Assembly (NCBI GenBank): GCA_050290185.1 | Contig: JBNKHE010000004.1 | Location: 192,001 to 256,000 of the forward strand | Length of the DNA stretch: 64,000 nt | DNA from: Pontiella sp. | Lineage (GTDB): Bacteria; Verrucomicrobiota; Kiritimatiellia; Kiritimatiellales; Pontiellaceae | Reading direction: 5' to 3' | In this document: positions 30,250-40,280 of the stretch, one piece after another | How the letters are laid out: each line of letters begins with the position of its first letter | Position numbering within the stretch: the stretch's first letter is position 1 | Position numbers and translations under genes: made by a program | The notes under the pieces: generated by a model | Databases searched by the model: none | What the model was told of the DNA's origin: nothing | What the model saw: the letters and a program-made list of their open reading frames with translations, nothing else

Positions 30250-31683
30250 CTATGCGCCCTGCTCCGCCAGCATTTTGTTGATGGCGGCGGCGGCCTTCCG
30301 GCCTTCGCCCATGGCGAGGATGACGGTGGCGGCGCCGAGGACGATGTCGCCGCCGGCATAGATGCGGTCGAGGGAGGACTTGCCGGCTTCGTCGACGACA
30401 ATGTTGCCCCATCGATTGGTTTCCAGGCCCGGCGTGGTTTGCCGGATCAGCGGATTGGAGTCGTTGCCGATGGCGACGATGACGGTATCGAGGTCGATTT
30501 CGAATTCGCTGCCTTCAATGGCTATAGGACGGCGGCGGCCGGAGTCATCGGGTTCGCCCAGCTCGTAGCGCAGGCATTCGATCCCGCTGACCCAACCGCG
30601 TTCATCGGAGAGGATGCGCTTGGGGTTTTGCAACATATGGAAAATGACACCCTCTTCCCTGGCGTGATGGACCTCCTCGACACGCGCAGGCATTTCGACT
30701 TCGGTGCGGCGATAGATCAGGTGGACTTCCCTGGCTCCGAGACGCACGGCGGTACGCGCGGCATCCATCGCCACATTGCCGCCACCGAGCACGGCGACCT
30801 TTTCGGACTCAAAAATGGGCGTGAAGGAGCGCTCCTTGTCGTAGGCCTTCATCAAGTTGGAACGGGTCAGGTATTCGTTGGCGGAATAGACGCCGACAAG
30901 ATTTTCGCCCTCAATATTCATAAAGCGCGGCAGGCCGGCTCCGGTTCCAATGAAGAGTGCATCGAAGCCGTCTTGTTCGAGCAGGTCGATAATTTTGCGG
31001 GTACGGCCGATCACGAAGTTGGTTTCCAGCGTGCAGCCCATCGCGGTCAGGGCATCGATTTCCTGCTGCACGATCTTCTTCGGCAGACGGAATTCGGGAA
31101 TGCCGTAGACCATCACGCCACCGGGTTTGTGAAAGGCTTCGAACAGCACGACTTCGTGCCCCTCTCTTCGGATGTCGGCGGCTACGGTGAGTCCGGCGGG
31201 ACCGGTGCCGATGATCCCCACTTTCTTTCCGGTCTCCGGCTTAACGTCCGGCACTTCGACCAGCCCGTTTTCGCGCTCCCAGTCGGCCACAAAGCGTTCG
31301 AGCCGGCCGATGCTGACCGCCTTGTCGACCGACTTGAGCGCCTTGCCCACGGTACAGGGGGCCTGGCACTGGGATTCCTGCGGGCATACGCGGCCGCAAA
31401 CGGCGGGTAGCAGACTGCTTCCCTTAATAATATCCACGGCCTGCTTGTTGTCGCCCTTGGCAATGGCCTGGATAAAGCCGGGAATGTCAATGCTCACGGG
31501 ACAGCCGGAAATGCACGGCGCATTTTTGCACTGCAGACAGCGTTCGGCTTCCAGAATCGCCTGTTCGTGCGAGTAGCCCAGTGCCACCTCTTCCATATTG
31601 CCGCGGCGCACCTGCGGATCCTGCTGCGGCATTTCCTGCACCGGAATCGCCAGCCGTTCCTTAGGGGTCAGTTCACGGTTCAT
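30250..31683 (-). CDS. nfnB: NfnB/SudA-type (GltD-like) flavoprotein subunit
   Basis: RCLQCKNAPCISGCP, CGRVCPQE, GTGPAG, GGGNVAMD; paired with a PyrK-like gene; no gltB in window. Confidence 0.85.
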   Translation of the reverse strand: MNRELTPKERLAIPVQEMPQQDPQVRRGNMEEVALGYSHEQAILEAERCLQCKNAPCISGCPVSIDIPGFIQAIAKGDNKQAVDIIKGSSLLPAVCGRVCPQESQCQAPCTVGKALKSVDKAVSIGRLERFVADWERENGLVEVPDVKPETGKKVGIIGTGPAGLTVAADIRREGHEVVLFEAFHKPGGVMVYGIPEFRLPKKIVQQEIDALTAMGCTLETNFVIGRTRKIIDLLEQDGFDALFIGTGAGLPRFMNIEGENLVGVYSANEYLTRSNLMKAYDKERSFTPIFESEKVAVLGGGNVAMDAARTAVRLGAREVHLIYRRTEVEMPARVEEVHHAREEGVIFHMLQNPKRILSDERGWVSGIECLRYELGEPDDSGRRRPIAIEGSEFEIDLDTVIVAIGNDSNPLIRQTTPGLETNRWGNIVVDEAGKSSLDRIYAGGDIVLGAATVILAMGEGRKAAAAINKMLAEQGA

Positions 31684-32510
31684 TTCATGTTCTCCAGCCT
31701 GCAGACGTGGTCGCGCTCCTGCTTCTTGTAGGAAGCCAGACGGCTGATCATGTTATCGAAGTCGACGAGGTGTCCGTCGAATTCGGGCCCGTCGACGCAC
31801 ACAAATTTGGTTTCATCGCCGACCGTTACGCGGCAACCGCCGCACATGCCGGTACCGTCGACCATGATGGTGTTCAACGAGACTACGGTGTGCACACCGA
31901 ACGGCCGCGTAGCCTCGGCGCAGAATTTCATCATCACGGGCGGACCGATGGCCACGGCCAGACCCGGCTTCGTTTCGCGCTGGCAGCATTCGACGAGCGG
32001 CGCGGTGACCAGCGCCTTGCGACCGTACGATCCATCGTCGGTGCAGATGATGAGTTCGTCGGCAATGGCGTCCATCTCCTCTTCAAAAATCAACAACTCC
32101 TTGTTGCGGGCGCCGAGAATAATGGTGACGTGGTTGCCGGCGGCCTTGAGCGCTTCGGCGATCGGAAGCAATGGTGCGGTACCGATACCGCCGCCAACGC
32201 ATACCACCGATCCCACATTCTCGATGCGGGTCGGCGTTCCAAGCGGTCCCACAAGGGCCTCGATATGATCGTCGACTTCGAGCTGGGCCAGTAACCGGGT
32301 AGTCCTGCCGACCGTCTGGAAAACGATGGTAATCGAGCCTTCTTCAACATCCGCGTTGGCGATCGTAAGCGGAATTCGCTCCCCGTAGTGAACGTCGACC
32401 TGAAGAATGATAAACTGCCCCGGCTGTCGTTCCCGGGCGATTAAGGGTGCCTCCAACCGCATGAGCACCACGGTTTCCGAAAGCTGTTCCTTATAGAGAA
32501 TCCTGTTCAT
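31680..32510 (-). CDS. nfnA: NfnA/SudB-type ferredoxin-NADP reductase subunit
   Basis: PGQFII, ERIPLT, GGGIG, MVDGTGMCGGCRV, CVDGPEF. Confidence 0.88.
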   Translation of the reverse strand: MNRILYKEQLSETVVLMRLEAPLIARERQPGQFIILQVDVHYGERIPLTIANADVEEGSITIVFQTVGRTTRLLAQLEVDDHIEALVGPLGTPTRIENVGSVVCVGGGIGTAPLLPIAEALKAAGNHVTIILGARNKELLIFEEEMDAIADELIICTDDGSYGRKALVTAPLVECCQRETKPGLAVAIGPPVMMKFCAEATRPFGVHTVVSLNTIMVDGTGMCGGCRVTVGDETKFVCVDGPEFDGHLVDFDNMISRLASYKKQERDHVCRLENMK

Positions 32511-32779
32511 ACCCACCCCAATCCTGACCGGTAGCAACTACACTTAAGCAACCTAATACGGCCGAAGGATAATATGCAATAATAGAGCCCGTTTTTATCA
32601 GCATTCAGGTCGAAGAATTATCTGTTCAGCTTGCCGGTAACGCCTAAGGCATTCAGCGCCAGTTTGGGTTCGAATACTTCAACTGCAGACTTTCACAAGT
32701 AGAACCTCTATTGGCATTGAAGTGGAGTGTGGATTCAGGATCACCATCAGCATGAAAACACTTCACGAAGACCCCGATC

Positions 32780-32809
32780 AAAAAAAGACGGGATGAAAAC
32801 ATTCCGCCT
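32780..32809 (-). terminator. Intrinsic terminator after GH115
   Basis: Minus strand AGGCGGAATG-TTTT-CATCCCGTCT followed by a T tract. Confidence 0.7.
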
Positions 32810-32827
32810 GGGTTTGTTGATACCTGC

Positions 32828-35773
32828 CTATTTCCCGACGGCAGCTTCCAGCGGGCCGAAATAACTTTCGGAAAGCGGATTGCTGTACACAATCAATTTT
32901 TGCAGGACAACACCCGGGTCCACCATCGCTATCTTCAGCGTATGCCGGCCGGGTTTCTTGATTTCATGCGAGGATCGCAACGTACGGACATTGTCGCGCA
33001 CCGCATCCGCCCAGCTGTTGTAGTCTTCCGGAATTTTCGGAAAAGCGTCAAGCACCTGCGGCGTTTGCCCATCGAAAGAAACGGCGAGCCGCAGCCCGCG
33101 TCCCGGAACAAAGTTGAGCGTCGGTCCAATGATCACATCAACGCCCACCGTACCGGTTTCGGCAATGTAGACCGGATATTCCAGGCAAGGCGCTCGATTC
33201 GGAGGAAGAATGCTTTCTGCGGTGGTCGGGAAGATTTCCATGCTGGCGGAGTAGCGGCCATAGTCTGGAATCTTCTCCCAGCGAATGCCATTCACAGGCT
33301 TGTTTTCGGTCGCCTCCGACGGAGCGATTGCAATGGGGCCCACCAAACCACCGAAACATCCTTGCGCGTTGGCGGCTTGCTCTTCGGTCGCACGATGCGC
33401 CACAACCTTTACCGCTACGGATGAGTGGCTGTTGGTAATGGTGACCTCACCGGACGCTTCCCCCACCGGAGCTTTCTCCCAATCGATACCCACCCAGAGC
33501 CGTTGGTCGGTAACATCGGAAGACTTGTCCGCCTTCACCAGAATCCAGGGGTCACTGACCTTGAGTTTGAAGTCGGCAGGCTGGCTCCCCCGCGGAAATA
33601 CGACAATATAGGAATGCTGCCGGTTTATGGAATCGAATGGAGGCAGCGAAGCTTTCCCGCTACCGCCGGGCCAGGCTTCGGACGAACCGTCGATGGCAAC
33701 GCCGAAGTCCGTAGTGTTGCCGATCTCCAGTTCCATCACTTCGGGCATAATGTTTTCCTGGGGATCTTTCCAGCTGGTGTAGCCGATGCGGGTCTGGCTC
33801 ATCATGTGGTTCCACTTCCCATCGGCCAGTTCCGTATTGTAGTAGTCGCTCAGTTGCTGATCCTGCTGGAACAATGTTCGTACCTTTTCGGCCTCGGCAT
33901 TCGCGCTGGCCCGCCCCTGCCGGGCGTAGAGATGGTTGCGGCCGGCGGCAATATACATATCGACCACGGTCGCCACGGCCTTGACCGGATAGAGCACCAG
34001 TTCGAAGTAGGCATCCTGCTGATCCGCGGGCAAAGCTTCGTTGACCTTTTCAGCCCGAACAACCAAGTCGTTCCAAGCGGTCGACACCCGTTCAGCCTCG
34101 CGATGGTTGACCAGACTGAAGGTATCGGGCTCCAGCAGCTCCGGCTTGCGCCAACCAGCTTGCTTTCCGTATTTTGAAACAATGTCTGCGATCTCCTCCG
34201 CCTGCTCCGGCCCAAATTCACGCGCCGCCCAACGATGGGTAAAATCGCCGATCTTCTCTTTCGGCATCGCTTCCGGATTCCAGGCCATGCGCAGAAAGAA
34301 TTCGATGGGTAGCTCCATGGGCTTAAGGTCGCCTACGTTGACAATCCAGATGCGGTTGGCGTCGTATTCGTAGGCCAGATTCATCTGTTCCCAGATCTTG
34401 GGGAGAGGATTCGTGTTGAGCCACTTGTAGCTCCGCGGACCGCCGACATAGTCAAAGTGATAGTACACCCCCGCCCCGCCGCTCCGCTTGCGCTCCGCCG
34501 GCGTTGGCAAGCGGCGGATGTTTCCCCAGTTATCGTCGCACCACAACAGCGTCACGTCGTCCGGAACGCGCATACCATGCTCATAGTAGTCCATGACTTC
34601 CTTGTAGAGCGCCCACAGTTGGGGCACCTTGGTGACGTCCGGATTCATGTATTCCTTCAAAATCCCGCGTTGATCGGTCACGATTCTTTCCAGCAGCTTG
34701 ACGTTGTCGTCCATGTTGCCGTCCTTGATCATTGCTTCGTCGCCGTCGCCGCGCATGCCGATGGTCACGATGCTTTCGTAGCCCTTGTTGCGCTTGATGC
34801 CGTCTACCCAGAACTCCGTGAGGCCCTTCTCGTTAGTGTAATAGTTCCACTCGCCGTTCCCCATCTCGCTCCGATGGTTGTGCCACTCCTGCTGGGCGCG
34901 GATCATTGGTTCGTGGTGCGAGGTGCCCATGACGATACCGTATTCATCGGCCAGCACGGGATTCATCGGATCGTCCTCATTGAAGGCCTTACCCCACATG
35001 GCCGGCCAGAGATAGTTGCCGCGCATGCGCAACAGGAGCTCGAACATGTGCGTGTACATCTTCGAATTGATCCCGCCGAACTTTTCTCGTGCCCAAGGTC
35101 CAAAGGCCGGCTCTTCGTCGTTGATGAAGATACCGCGATATTTCACCTTTGGCTCACCGGAGGCGTAGCGGCCGGGAAGGACGTAGGCTTCGTTGCGCTT
35201 CTTTGGCGGCACGTCTGCCCACCAGTACCACGGCGAAACGCCCAGCTGTTCGGACAGTTCATAGATACCATAGATCGTACCGCGCTTGTCGCTACCCGCA
35301 ATCACCAGCGCCTGTTCCACGCCTGGTGTCGGATTGTTGATGGTTGATATGACAAAGCTTTCCCACTTTCCTATCAGGTCGGAGGCATCAAGCTTGCCGG
35401 TAGAGACCAGCGCATCAATCAGGAAACTATGGCCCAATGTTCCGATAATGATGGGTTTCGCGCAGGCGGTCTTGTTCGTGGCGATGGCCGGCTTTCGTTC
35501 CGTCACGCGTTCAATGTCCGCTTGAAGATCCCCAATCGCGCGGATCACACCCGTATAGTCTCCGGCATCGTGCCACAACTCGGTGGTCTTACCGTTGGCC
35601 ACCACCGGAAATGCAATCGCCGGCTTCGCCGACTCCACAACGATGTTTTCCGGCAGACCCAGTCCGGCCCGGGCCGGCTCTGTTCCCGACACCATTACAG
35701 CCATCGCCGTCACCAGAACACCGAAATACCGTTGCACACTCAATTTAAGGGCTGTTTTAAGGTTCATCTCCAT
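32828..35773 (-). CDS. GH115 xylan alpha-glucuronidase
   Basis: GVSPWYWWAD, YRGIFINDE, NYLWPAMW, GTSHHEP, GMRGDGD, DDNWG, NVGDLKP; signal peptide. Confidence 0.93.
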   Translation of the reverse strand: MEMNLKTALKLSVQRYFGVLVTAMAVMVSGTEPARAGLGLPENIVVESAKPAIAFPVVANGKTTELWHDAGDYTGVIRAIGDLQADIERVTERKPAIATNKTACAKPIIIGTLGHSFLIDALVSTGKLDASDLIGKWESFVISTINNPTPGVEQALVIAGSDKRGTIYGIYELSEQLGVSPWYWWADVPPKKRNEAYVLPGRYASGEPKVKYRGIFINDEEPAFGPWAREKFGGINSKMYTHMFELLLRMRGNYLWPAMWGKAFNEDDPMNPVLADEYGIVMGTSHHEPMIRAQQEWHNHRSEMGNGEWNYYTNEKGLTEFWVDGIKRNKGYESIVTIGMRGDGDEAMIKDGNMDDNVKLLERIVTDQRGILKEYMNPDVTKVPQLWALYKEVMDYYEHGMRVPDDVTLLWCDDNWGNIRRLPTPAERKRSGGAGVYYHFDYVGGPRSYKWLNTNPLPKIWEQMNLAYEYDANRIWIVNVGDLKPMELPIEFFLRMAWNPEAMPKEKIGDFTHRWAAREFGPEQAEEIADIVSKYGKQAGWRKPELLEPDTFSLVNHREAERVSTAWNDLVVRAEKVNEALPADQQDAYFELVLYPVKAVATVVDMYIAAGRNHLYARQGRASANAEAEKVRTLFQQDQQLSDYYNTELADGKWNHMMSQTRIGYTSWKDPQENIMPEVMELEIGNTTDFGVAIDGSSEAWPGGSGKASLPPFDSINRQHSYIVVFPRGSQPADFKLKVSDPWILVKADKSSDVTDQRLWVGIDWEKAPVGEASGEVTITNSHSSVAVKVVAHRATEEQAANAQGCFGGLVGPIAIAPSEATENKPVNGIRWEKIPDYGRYSASMEIFPTTAESILPPNRAPCLEYPVYIAETGTVGVDVIIGPTLNFVPGRGLRLAVSFDGQTPQVLDAFPKIPEDYNSWADAVRDNVRTLRSSHEIKKPGRHTLKIAMVDPGVVLQKLIVYSNPLSESYFGPLEAAVGK

Positions 35774-35890
35774 CCTTCTTTATAGCTCGTTGAAAAAAGC
35801 GGGCCGTCTCGGGTCTCCCATACTCAACAGCGCTAATCCCAGTCGGATAGCCTATCATACAGCACGCGTCAGCATCATCAATCCCATCGA

Positions 35891-35921
35891 ATGAAATCAA
35901 AATACCCGTTTATGAAACCTG
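35891..35921. promoter_or_regulatory. Candidate XylR operator upstream of GH115
   Basis: ATGAAATCAAAATACCCGTTTATGAAACCTG, 25/31 identical to 41499-41529. Confidence 0.6.
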
Positions 35922-36312
35922 TCTGGATACGTCGGAGTGCCTGCGATCTCAGCGCCTCGGTCGACAACCCGCAGATAGGACATGAAACTAACTGGGTAGC
36001 ATCCCTACGATCCCCATTCCGCGCTGATGCCATTTCATATTTTCAAACCGACCTTGGAGTTCATTTTTACAACGGATGAACTTGCATTCAGGACAACGCG
36101 GCCTAATGTAGCCCGCAAATGAGAAACGTAATGCACAACCTGAAGCAGGAATGCGCGATTGGAAATCCAGTCGTGATTACCTTTGCTTGGCTGCGCAGCA
36201 AAGCAGCTTAAGTGCTCGGCGTTTCTCGGTACCCCCTTTTTGTCTCCTCTTTATTTCGTGGTTTGACGGCTTAGTAGGTTCAGCAGAAACGCTGGCCTGC
36301 GGAGAACCGACC

Positions 36313-37278
36313 ATGAAATATTCCATCATCAACAACCTGACGCCCGTCAAAGGACAGCCTTTGAAGGAGCAGGCTTCTACGCGTTCAAAAGGCATACTGC
36401 TGATGCTCGGAGCCGTTGCGGCTTTTACCGGAAGTGTTCTGACACTCCGGTCCGCCGGGATCATGGGCAGCATCTGGATGGCTACGTGCATGCGCTACGG
36501 CATCGGGCTGGCCATGGTGACGTTCATCTACTTGCCCTCGGGCCATTTCAAACCGTTGCAGCTGATCCGCAACCCCGACTTAATCATGCGGGGTGTACTC
36601 GGTTGCATGGGGGTGTATCTCTTTTATTCCACCATTCCAAAACTCGGCGCAGGGGTATCCACCTTCATCAGCACAACCTATATTGTGCTGGCCCCGCTCA
36701 TCGCCTGCATCTATCTGAAAGAACAGCTGTCCCTGAAACAGGCTGGACTCATGATGCTGGCCATGACCGGCATGTTTATCATGACCGGGCTGACCGGTGC
36801 CTCCGCGCCGCCCGTGTTCTATGTTGTCATCGGGCTGATCGGGGCCGTGCTGGCGGCCATAGTCGTGGTCTATATCCGGAAACTGACGCGGACCGAACAT
36901 AGTTCAACCATCTATGCCGCGCAGTGCTTCTTCGGATTATTGATCGGCTGTGGACCGGCGCTGCTTCAGCAGAATGGAGATCACAGTGGATCGATCAACG
37001 TTTCAGCGATGCTGCTCAGTGGAGTAATGGCTTCAATCGGTCAACTTCTGATGACGTTCGGGTATAAATACCTGCCCGTAACCGAAGGAGGGCTGATTGC
37101 ACTCTGCGCACCGGTCTCCATCATGGCCGGCGGAATCATCTTTTTCGGTGAACCCTGCTCCGGCTCGCAGGTGGCCGGTGCCGGGCTGATTCTTTCGGCC
37201 AGCATGCTGATGACCCGTTCAAAGCCGGGCTCGCCCGGCGGGCAACCATCCGGATTTATTCAGGAGTCATCCGGGTAG
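36313..37278 (+). CDS. EamA/DMT family transporter
   Basis: About 10 TM segments; RGVLG, LKEQL, IFFGE; GGAG RBS before ATG 36313. Confidence 0.85.
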   Translation: MKYSIINNLTPVKGQPLKEQASTRSKGILLMLGAVAAFTGSVLTLRSAGIMGSIWMATCMRYGIGLAMVTFIYLPSGHFKPLQLIRNPDLIMRGVLGCMGVYLFYSTIPKLGAGVSTFISTTYIVLAPLIACIYLKEQLSLKQAGLMMLAMTGMFIMTGLTGASAPPVFYVVIGLIGAVLAAIVVVYIRKLTRTEHSSTIYAAQCFFGLLIGCGPALLQQNGDHSGSINVSAMLLSGVMASIGQLLMTFGYKYLPVTEGGLIALCAPVSIMAGGIIFFGEPCSGSQVAGAGLILSASMLMTRSKPGSPGGQPSGFIQESSG

Positions 37279-37285
37279 CATTCCC

Positions 37286-37317
37286 TGTCCCCAGCCGCCT
37301 AAGGCGGCATGGGGACA
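37286..37317. terminator. GC-rich hairpin between convergent genes
   Basis: TGTCCCCAGCCGCC-TAA-GGCGGCATGGGGACA; no clear T tract. Confidence 0.45.
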
Positions 37318-37492
37318 CATCCCGTGTCCGCCGAACCAGATGCTTTCGCCAACGTGGAGGACATGCTCGGGGGCATATGATCGCGCATGCGTTCGATCAG
37401 CATATCGCGTGAAACCGGAAAGAAGGAAGGGGGCGCGTAATGGGTTTGATCCTATATACGAATGCCGGTTAGTTTGATCTGTGGTATCACGT

Positions 37493-38662
37493 CTATTTCA
37501 CCAAGGCCTCGTAGGCCGGCTTAGGTTGATAGTTGCGATCGAAGAGCAACGGGTAATCCGTGCGCCCCCGGACCGGGAAGCCGTTTTTCCACGAATCACC
37601 GTCGCAGATCCCCCAAAAGGTCACGCGCTCCACATCGCTCTTATGGGATTCGAAAATGTCGAAGATGGCCCGATAGCGTTGTGCCTGCTTTTCCGCCACG
37701 TCATCCGGAAGACCGTCACGATAGGGATTGAGTTCGTCCTGCAGTTCAAAGCGCTGGTTGATGTCCGCCCCCGTGTAACCGAAGGCCAATGGGAGAACAC
37801 TCAAATCGAGTTCGGTGATATCCACCTTGACCTTGGCTGATGCCAGTTTTTCGATGGATTCCTCGATACTCTCCAGACTGGGATCCTCGACATGCCAATG
37901 CCCTTGCATGCCCACGGAATCGATGCGAACCCCCTTTTTCTTCAAGGGGCGAACAATGTTCTTGATCACAAAATCCCGCTTGATCGGGTCGGTCATGCTG
38001 TAGTCGTTGTATATGAGAATGGCACTGGGGTCGGCTTCGTGTGCAAACCGGAAGGCCATTTCGATGTAGTCCTCGCCAATAATTTTCAACCACGGGGAGT
38101 CGCGAAAAAAGGCTTCGTGAACATAGTTCGTCGAGCCGTCCGGTTTCAACGGGTTATCCTCATCGACCACCTGCCTGACATCCACGGCTTCGTTGACGAC
38201 ATCCCAGTATTTTACGTCTCCCTTGTACCGCCTGACCACGGTTTTGATATGTTTGTGCAAGGTTTTGATGAGTTCGTCGCGGGAAACGGGTTTCCCGTTT
38301 TCATCTTCGAAAAACCATTTGGGGGTCTGCGAGTGCCAGACGAGAACGTGGCCAACCACGTCCAGATCCAGCTTCATGGCCAGCTTCACAAACTGATCCG
38401 AGCGCTCGAAGTTAAACTTTCCCGGAGCGGGCCGCAGGGAAGCCGGCTTCATGAGATTCTCGGAGGTGACGCAGTTGAATTCGCGTTTCAGGAGTCTCAA
38501 CGCATTTTCATTCTGTTCATAGGGCTGGAACAGGTAGCGTTCCCCGAGCGCGGCACCGATCTGGAAATCGTCTCTATAAACCTTCTTGAGCGGCTTGCTG
38601 TCGGCCACACATGCTGCGGTGACCAACAGCATCGTCAATCCTCCAACTAAAACAGCTCTCAT
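37493..38662 (-). CDS. GH10 endo-1,4-beta-xylanase
   Basis: ENLMKP, GHVLVWHSQTP, WDVVNE, YNDY, GMQGH, ITELD; GGAGG RBS before ATG 38662. Confidence 0.94.
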   Translation of the reverse strand: MRAVLVGGLTMLLVTAACVADSKPLKKVYRDDFQIGAALGERYLFQPYEQNENALRLLKREFNCVTSENLMKPASLRPAPGKFNFERSDQFVKLAMKLDLDVVGHVLVWHSQTPKWFFEDENGKPVSRDELIKTLHKHIKTVVRRYKGDVKYWDVVNEAVDVRQVVDEDNPLKPDGSTNYVHEAFFRDSPWLKIIGEDYIEMAFRFAHEADPSAILIYNDYSMTDPIKRDFVIKNIVRPLKKKGVRIDSVGMQGHWHVEDPSLESIEESIEKLASAKVKVDITELDLSVLPLAFGYTGADINQRFELQDELNPYRDGLPDDVAEKQAQRYRAIFDIFESHKSDVERVTFWGICDGDSWKNGFPVRGRTDYPLLFDRNYQPKPAYEALVK

Positions 38663-38678
38663 CGAGATTCCTCCCTTA

Positions 38679-40184
38679 TCAGGCTTCGGCTGATTTTTCA
38701 TGTCTGGCCCGCCGGCGTTTGGCGAGTTCATCGCCAATCTGGTAATTCAGTTCCTTGGAAATCGGATAGAACAGCAGAATGGCAATCGCGACAACGATAA
38801 AGGCGGCCGGAGCCATGGACGAGGCCACCCGTACGCCCGTCATGGCGCGTTCGGTCAATACCACACCTTCGGCCCCGTCGTAGCCATACATGCCTAGAAT
38901 CGAGCCCTGAATATAGCCTCCGATCCCTAGGCCGAATTTGAGAGCAAAGACCACGCCCGCGAAAGTGAATCCGGTAGCGCGGCGGCCAGTCTTCCATTCG
39001 GAAAAGTCGGCGGTGTCCGCAATCATGGACCACAACAACGGAACGGTGGGTCCGTAGGCCAAGCCCCAAAGCGCGCTTTGCCACATCATGGCGCGGACGC
39101 TCGTGGAAGGAATATAGAACAGCCAAACGGTCACGACCGTGGTTACCGCAAGCGATCCCACGAAAACCATCCGCTTGCCGAACAGCTTCGACAGGGGCTT
39201 GGAACATAATACCCCTAGAAACATGGTAAAGGTTCCCAGCATGCCGAAAATGCCGTAGGCAACGCCGGGCACGTTGGAATGATCGGGTTTGAGCAAATAG
39301 CCGAAGATATCCAGAAACCTCGCAAAACCGGTCGGGGCCACCCCGTCGACCCGCTGCAGCCCCATGCCGCCGATCAGGTCAGCCAACGATTGCTGGTCGG
39401 CAATGTGTTCCATGAACAGAGGCATCGACCCGCCACGAACCACCAGCATGATGAAGATCATGAGCGTGGCACAGAAAAGGATGACCCACGGACGGTTCTT
39501 GAAGGTATCAAGCATATCCTGCTTGGCGGAAGACTGCTGGTCCGGGTCCGGCGTTACGCGTTCCCGCACCGAGAAGAAGCAGATCACGAAAAAGAAAATA
39601 GTCACGACCGCAAAAATGCCCATCGTTATCGACCATCCCTTGGCATCATTTCCGTTTCCGAATTTATCCACCAGCGGCAACGTCAATCCCTGGACGATGA
39701 ACGAAACGATCATCACAGTAACAAACCGGAATGTGGATAGGCTGGTGCGTTCGTCCACGTCACCGGTCATCACCCCGTTCAATGCGCAGTACGGTACATT
39801 ATTTACCGTGTAGACCGCCATCAGCAGGAAATACATGAGGTAGGCATAGATCATCTGGCCGGTGGGCGACCATCCCGGACTGGTGAAGGTCAGCCAGAAA
39901 ATGGCAGCAAAGGGCAGAGCCGACCAGATCAGCCAGGGACGAAAGCGGCCCCACCTGGTCTTGGTTCGGTCGGCAATGAATCCCATGGCGGGATCGGTAA
40001 AGGCATCAAAGAAACGTCCGATCAGGAACAGGAGTCCCGCCGCCTTGGGACTGAGCCCCAGTATCGTCGTAAAGAACATGAACTGGTACGCCATCAGCAC
40101 CTGGAAAACCAGATTGGCGGCGCCGTCGCCCAGGCTGTACCCGACTTTTTCGCGAAACGACAATTTTTGATGAAAATGATCCAT
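38679..40184 (-). CDS. GPH-family (xyloside) MFS symporter
   Basis: DAFTDPAMG, WGRFRPW, NVPYCAL, WSMIADTAD.SEWKTGRR. Confidence 0.9.
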   Translation of the reverse strand: MDHFHQKLSFREKVGYSLGDGAANLVFQVLMAYQFMFFTTILGLSPKAAGLLFLIGRFFDAFTDPAMGFIADRTKTRWGRFRPWLIWSALPFAAIFWLTFTSPGWSPTGQMIYAYLMYFLLMAVYTVNNVPYCALNGVMTGDVDERTSLSTFRFVTVMIVSFIVQGLTLPLVDKFGNGNDAKGWSITMGIFAVVTIFFFVICFFSVRERVTPDPDQQSSAKQDMLDTFKNRPWVILFCATLMIFIMLVVRGGSMPLFMEHIADQQSLADLIGGMGLQRVDGVAPTGFARFLDIFGYLLKPDHSNVPGVAYGIFGMLGTFTMFLGVLCSKPLSKLFGKRMVFVGSLAVTTVVTVWLFYIPSTSVRAMMWQSALWGLAYGPTVPLLWSMIADTADFSEWKTGRRATGFTFAGVVFALKFGLGIGGYIQGSILGMYGYDGAEGVVLTERAMTGVRVASSMAPAAFIVVAIAILLFYPISKELNYQIGDELAKRRRARHEKSAEA

Positions 40185-40280
40185 ATTTACCCTTTATGCC
40201 TTCGCGACATCCTTTCAGATGCCATTGTGTTCCTCTGCCCGTCCCGCGGGTTCTCTTCCGCGCGTGCAGCCGGAAGGATT

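Noticed and set aside
30250..31683. Glutamate synthase small subunit
   Set aside because: There is no large subunit nearby, and it is paired with an NfnA/SudB-like gene.
32650..32690. tRNA-like GGTTCGAAT
   Set aside because: No cloverleaf stems around it.
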